From: Narcine bancroftii
Taxonomy: Eukaryota
NCBI RefSeq assembly: GCF_036971445.1
Contig: NC_091476.1
Span: forward strand, 10,540,001 to 10,604,000
Direction: 5' to 3'
DNA: 64,000 nt
The translations under genes and the position numbers were made by a program. This document shows positions 61,301 through 64,000 of the stretch, one piece after another. Position 1 is the first letter of the stretch. Every line of letters begins with the position of its first letter. Below the pieces are notes generated by a model, which was not told where the DNA came from, searched no databases, and saw only the letters and a list, made by a program, of their open reading frames with translations.

Positions 61301-63787
61301 GGTTGTGGCCAGGACAGATTGCTAAAATGTTGCATCTGATTTTGATTTCAGTTCCCAAACTTTTCATCATTAATCCATTGTGGATGTTGCATTAATTTCA
61401 TTTGTGTTCTGAATTGGCATTTTTAATTTTCAGAAGCTAGTTTTTGGAATAAATCTGACAATTGTGCTCAATGAAATCCTGCTCATTTTTAATTGAAATG
61501 ATTCTCCTCGATTCAATTTATTTGGGATTTTACAAGCAGCTGATAGCATTTTCATTTGCTACCATCAACTTGCAGTTGCTTAGCTGAATTTCATTTTTGT
61601 TTTCATGGTTTTTGCATGGTTATGATAGCACTGCATTGAGTGTCAGTAGTCGTGTAGTAGCCTTTGAAGATAATGGGTTCAAATCTCAACTTGAGTATGA
61701 AATATTTTCTGATGTATTAATGAAATGCTGAAGGAGAGCTGTTGTCATTCACAGCGAGATGAAGTATGTGTTTTGAAATTATTATTTCTGTTATCCCTGA
61801 TAAAAATGTATCTTTCAATTGGAAAATATATTTTCTGCTCATCATCACATTACAGATTGTAGGACATTTCTGGGTGCAACGCTATCCATTTTTGTATACA
61901 ATTCAAACATGCTTCATTGGCCACGTGAAACATAATAAAAACAGGACGTGTTGAAAAAGATGGTAAACATTTATAAATGAAAATTTTGAAATTACTCTGA
62001 AGGCACACCAATGCCTTTACTTTCTAAGAAGTCTGAGGAGATTTGGCATGCCATTGAATATGCTATCAAAATTTCTATAGGTGAACCATAGAAAGTATAT
62101 TGAGTGATTGCATTATGCTTGGTTTAGTACTTTGAGTGCAGGGAATGAAGAAGGCTGAAGAATGCAACAAACTTTGCGAAGTCCACCATGAGCTCCAACC
62201 TCTAATTCATTGAAAACCTCTCTGTTTAGCTGCTGCCTCAAGAAGGCAACTCACATCATAGAAGATGCCCATTACCATAGCCACAACCTTGTCTCACTGC
62301 TACCTTTGGGAAGAAGGTACAGAGGCATGAAGTCTAGCACCTCCAGGCCCAAGAACAGTTTCTTTCCCGATGACTTTCAGACTTTTGAACTTATTACCCT
62401 GAAAATAAGCTGCTCCAGGACCAGAAAAATACCTGTTGCATTATTGCAACACCACTTTTATTTCTTGCAATAACTGCAACTGTGAAAATTCATTATCTCT
62501 ATTTTATGTTTATTACCTCTTTCTGTACTGGGGTAACCTAATATATACTATTGACTTTTTATGACGACAGTATCATGGAACATGACCGCACAGAAAAACT
62601 GGCCATTCGACCCTTTTGGTCTGTGCCAACCAGCAAGAATGAATTTAGGTGCATATGTCCATTGTACTAATGATGATAAACTCATCAAATTTATCCTAGG
62701 ACAGATGTGCATTGTTTAATAATATACTTCTTAACTGGTCATGAACAATGTTCACCTAATTTTAGTGTAAAAATCTTCCACTTAGCCGCAGTTTAAAAAT
62801 AATTGCACACATTAGAATTTTAAGTACTGAGGTGAGTCATAGGAGATGCTGAGCGTCATTTGATTCTAATTTTTGCATCCACATTGCGACTATATTGTGT
62901 ACTGCATACAAAATACATTGCAGTTAATTACCTTGGACTTTGCGACACCTCCCAAACCTGCAAGCTCTAACAACAAGAACAAAAGGACAGCTGGCATCTG
63001 GAAACACCTTCATCAGTCCATTTCCCCATGTCACACACTGTTCAGACTTGGAGGTACACTGCCATTCCTCTATCCAAATCCTAGAAATCTATGCCCAAGA
63101 GCACCATGGGAATATAGTTCCCAAAAAACTGCAGCAGTTCAAGACATAGCTCACCATTATTTTCTCAAGAGAAATTTGAATATTGACATTGGTTTTGCCA
63201 CTGAAGCTTCCATCCTATAAATTAATTAAAATATTAAGTAAAACATAATCAATAGCTTTTTCATATAAAGATTATGGCACCATATTACAACTGGCTGAAA
63301 ACATCAAAGGAATGGGTTAAGACTAAGGAGTTCACAAATTGCAGCGGACAACAAAATAAATCATGACGGGGTGAAATAGACCCTTTGAATGCTACAAGAA
63401 GAAGGTATCATCTCCTTTTTATATTAACTTACCAAAATTGATTGGTCATCAACAGGTATTAATTACGGTAAATATAGATGTAAGTTTTACCAAATAAAAT
63501 GATTACACCTCAATAATGTCAGATTCAGATTTATTGTCAGAGTACAACCCTGATATTCTTTTTTCCCTGTGAGCAAGGTACAATTACCATTTATTGGTAG
63601 TAAAAATACTGTAAACAATGTACACATGTAAACAAATAAAGCACTGTAAACAAGATCACAAATCTAAACAAATTGACTGTGCAATACAGGGAGAATTAAA
63701 AAAATCAATAAAGTGCACAAGTAAGAGTCCGTCAATTAGTCCCGGATGGTTTATTGAAGAAGGAATAACACAAACATCACAAATCAT

Positions 63788-63890
63788 CTTACTGAAAGAA
63801 AATTAAATTATTTAATTTTCGACCTTACTGAAAGAAAATTAAATTATTTAATTTTCGATCTTATGAATAGAAAATTAAATTATTTAATTT
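63788..63890. repeat. 36-bp AT-rich tandem repeat (~3 copies) with internal palindrome
   Basis: CTTACTGAAAGAAAATTAAATTATTTAATTTTCGAC at 63788, 63824, 63860. Confidence 0.8.
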
Positions 63891-64000
63891 GAATATTAGT
63901 TCTTAATTGAATCTTTGAAGCAGGAATACTCCTGTAAAAACTTTAAACCCAATGATATGAATATTACTTTGTTTCCCAATTTTAGGTCACCCTCCCCCTA

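Overview
Eukaryotic (vertebrate) genomic DNA, AT-rich and repeat-dense. The repeat set (HE1-like tRNA SINEs, CR1/HER1-type LINEs, Penelope, Rex1, L1, hAT and Tc1/Tigger MITEs) points to a cartilaginous fish; this is an inference. I reconstructed three spliced genes by hand, with GT-AG junctions and consistent reading phase. (1) A minus-strand gene at ~2.7-23.4 kb, about 580 aa: a short helical N-terminus, a long S/E-rich region and a single extended Tudor domain (RNF17/TDRD-like, not a clear orthologue). (2) A plus-strand HSP47/SERPINH-family gene: CDS 32490-36366, 404 aa, ending HDEL, with a heat-shock element, TATA box and non-coding exon 1 at ~29.2-29.3 kb. (3) IGBP1/alpha4 on the minus strand: CDS 53941-43149, 6 exons, 350 aa. 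The most interesting points: the HSP47 copy sits beside IGBP1 rather than in the known SERPINH1 neighbourhood, so it and the Tudor gene may be ohnologs lost in mammals; a triple-nested Tc1>L1>hAT insertion; two young inverted copies of a 1.2-kb hAT element carrying a G-rich tract; a compound MITE tandemly amplified and GC-shifted beside an orphan CpG island; and degenerate hammerhead-ribozyme cores in Penelope-derived repeats. There are no prokaryotic-type systems (CRISPR, operons), and nothing here demonstrates a wholly new system; the leads need database checks.
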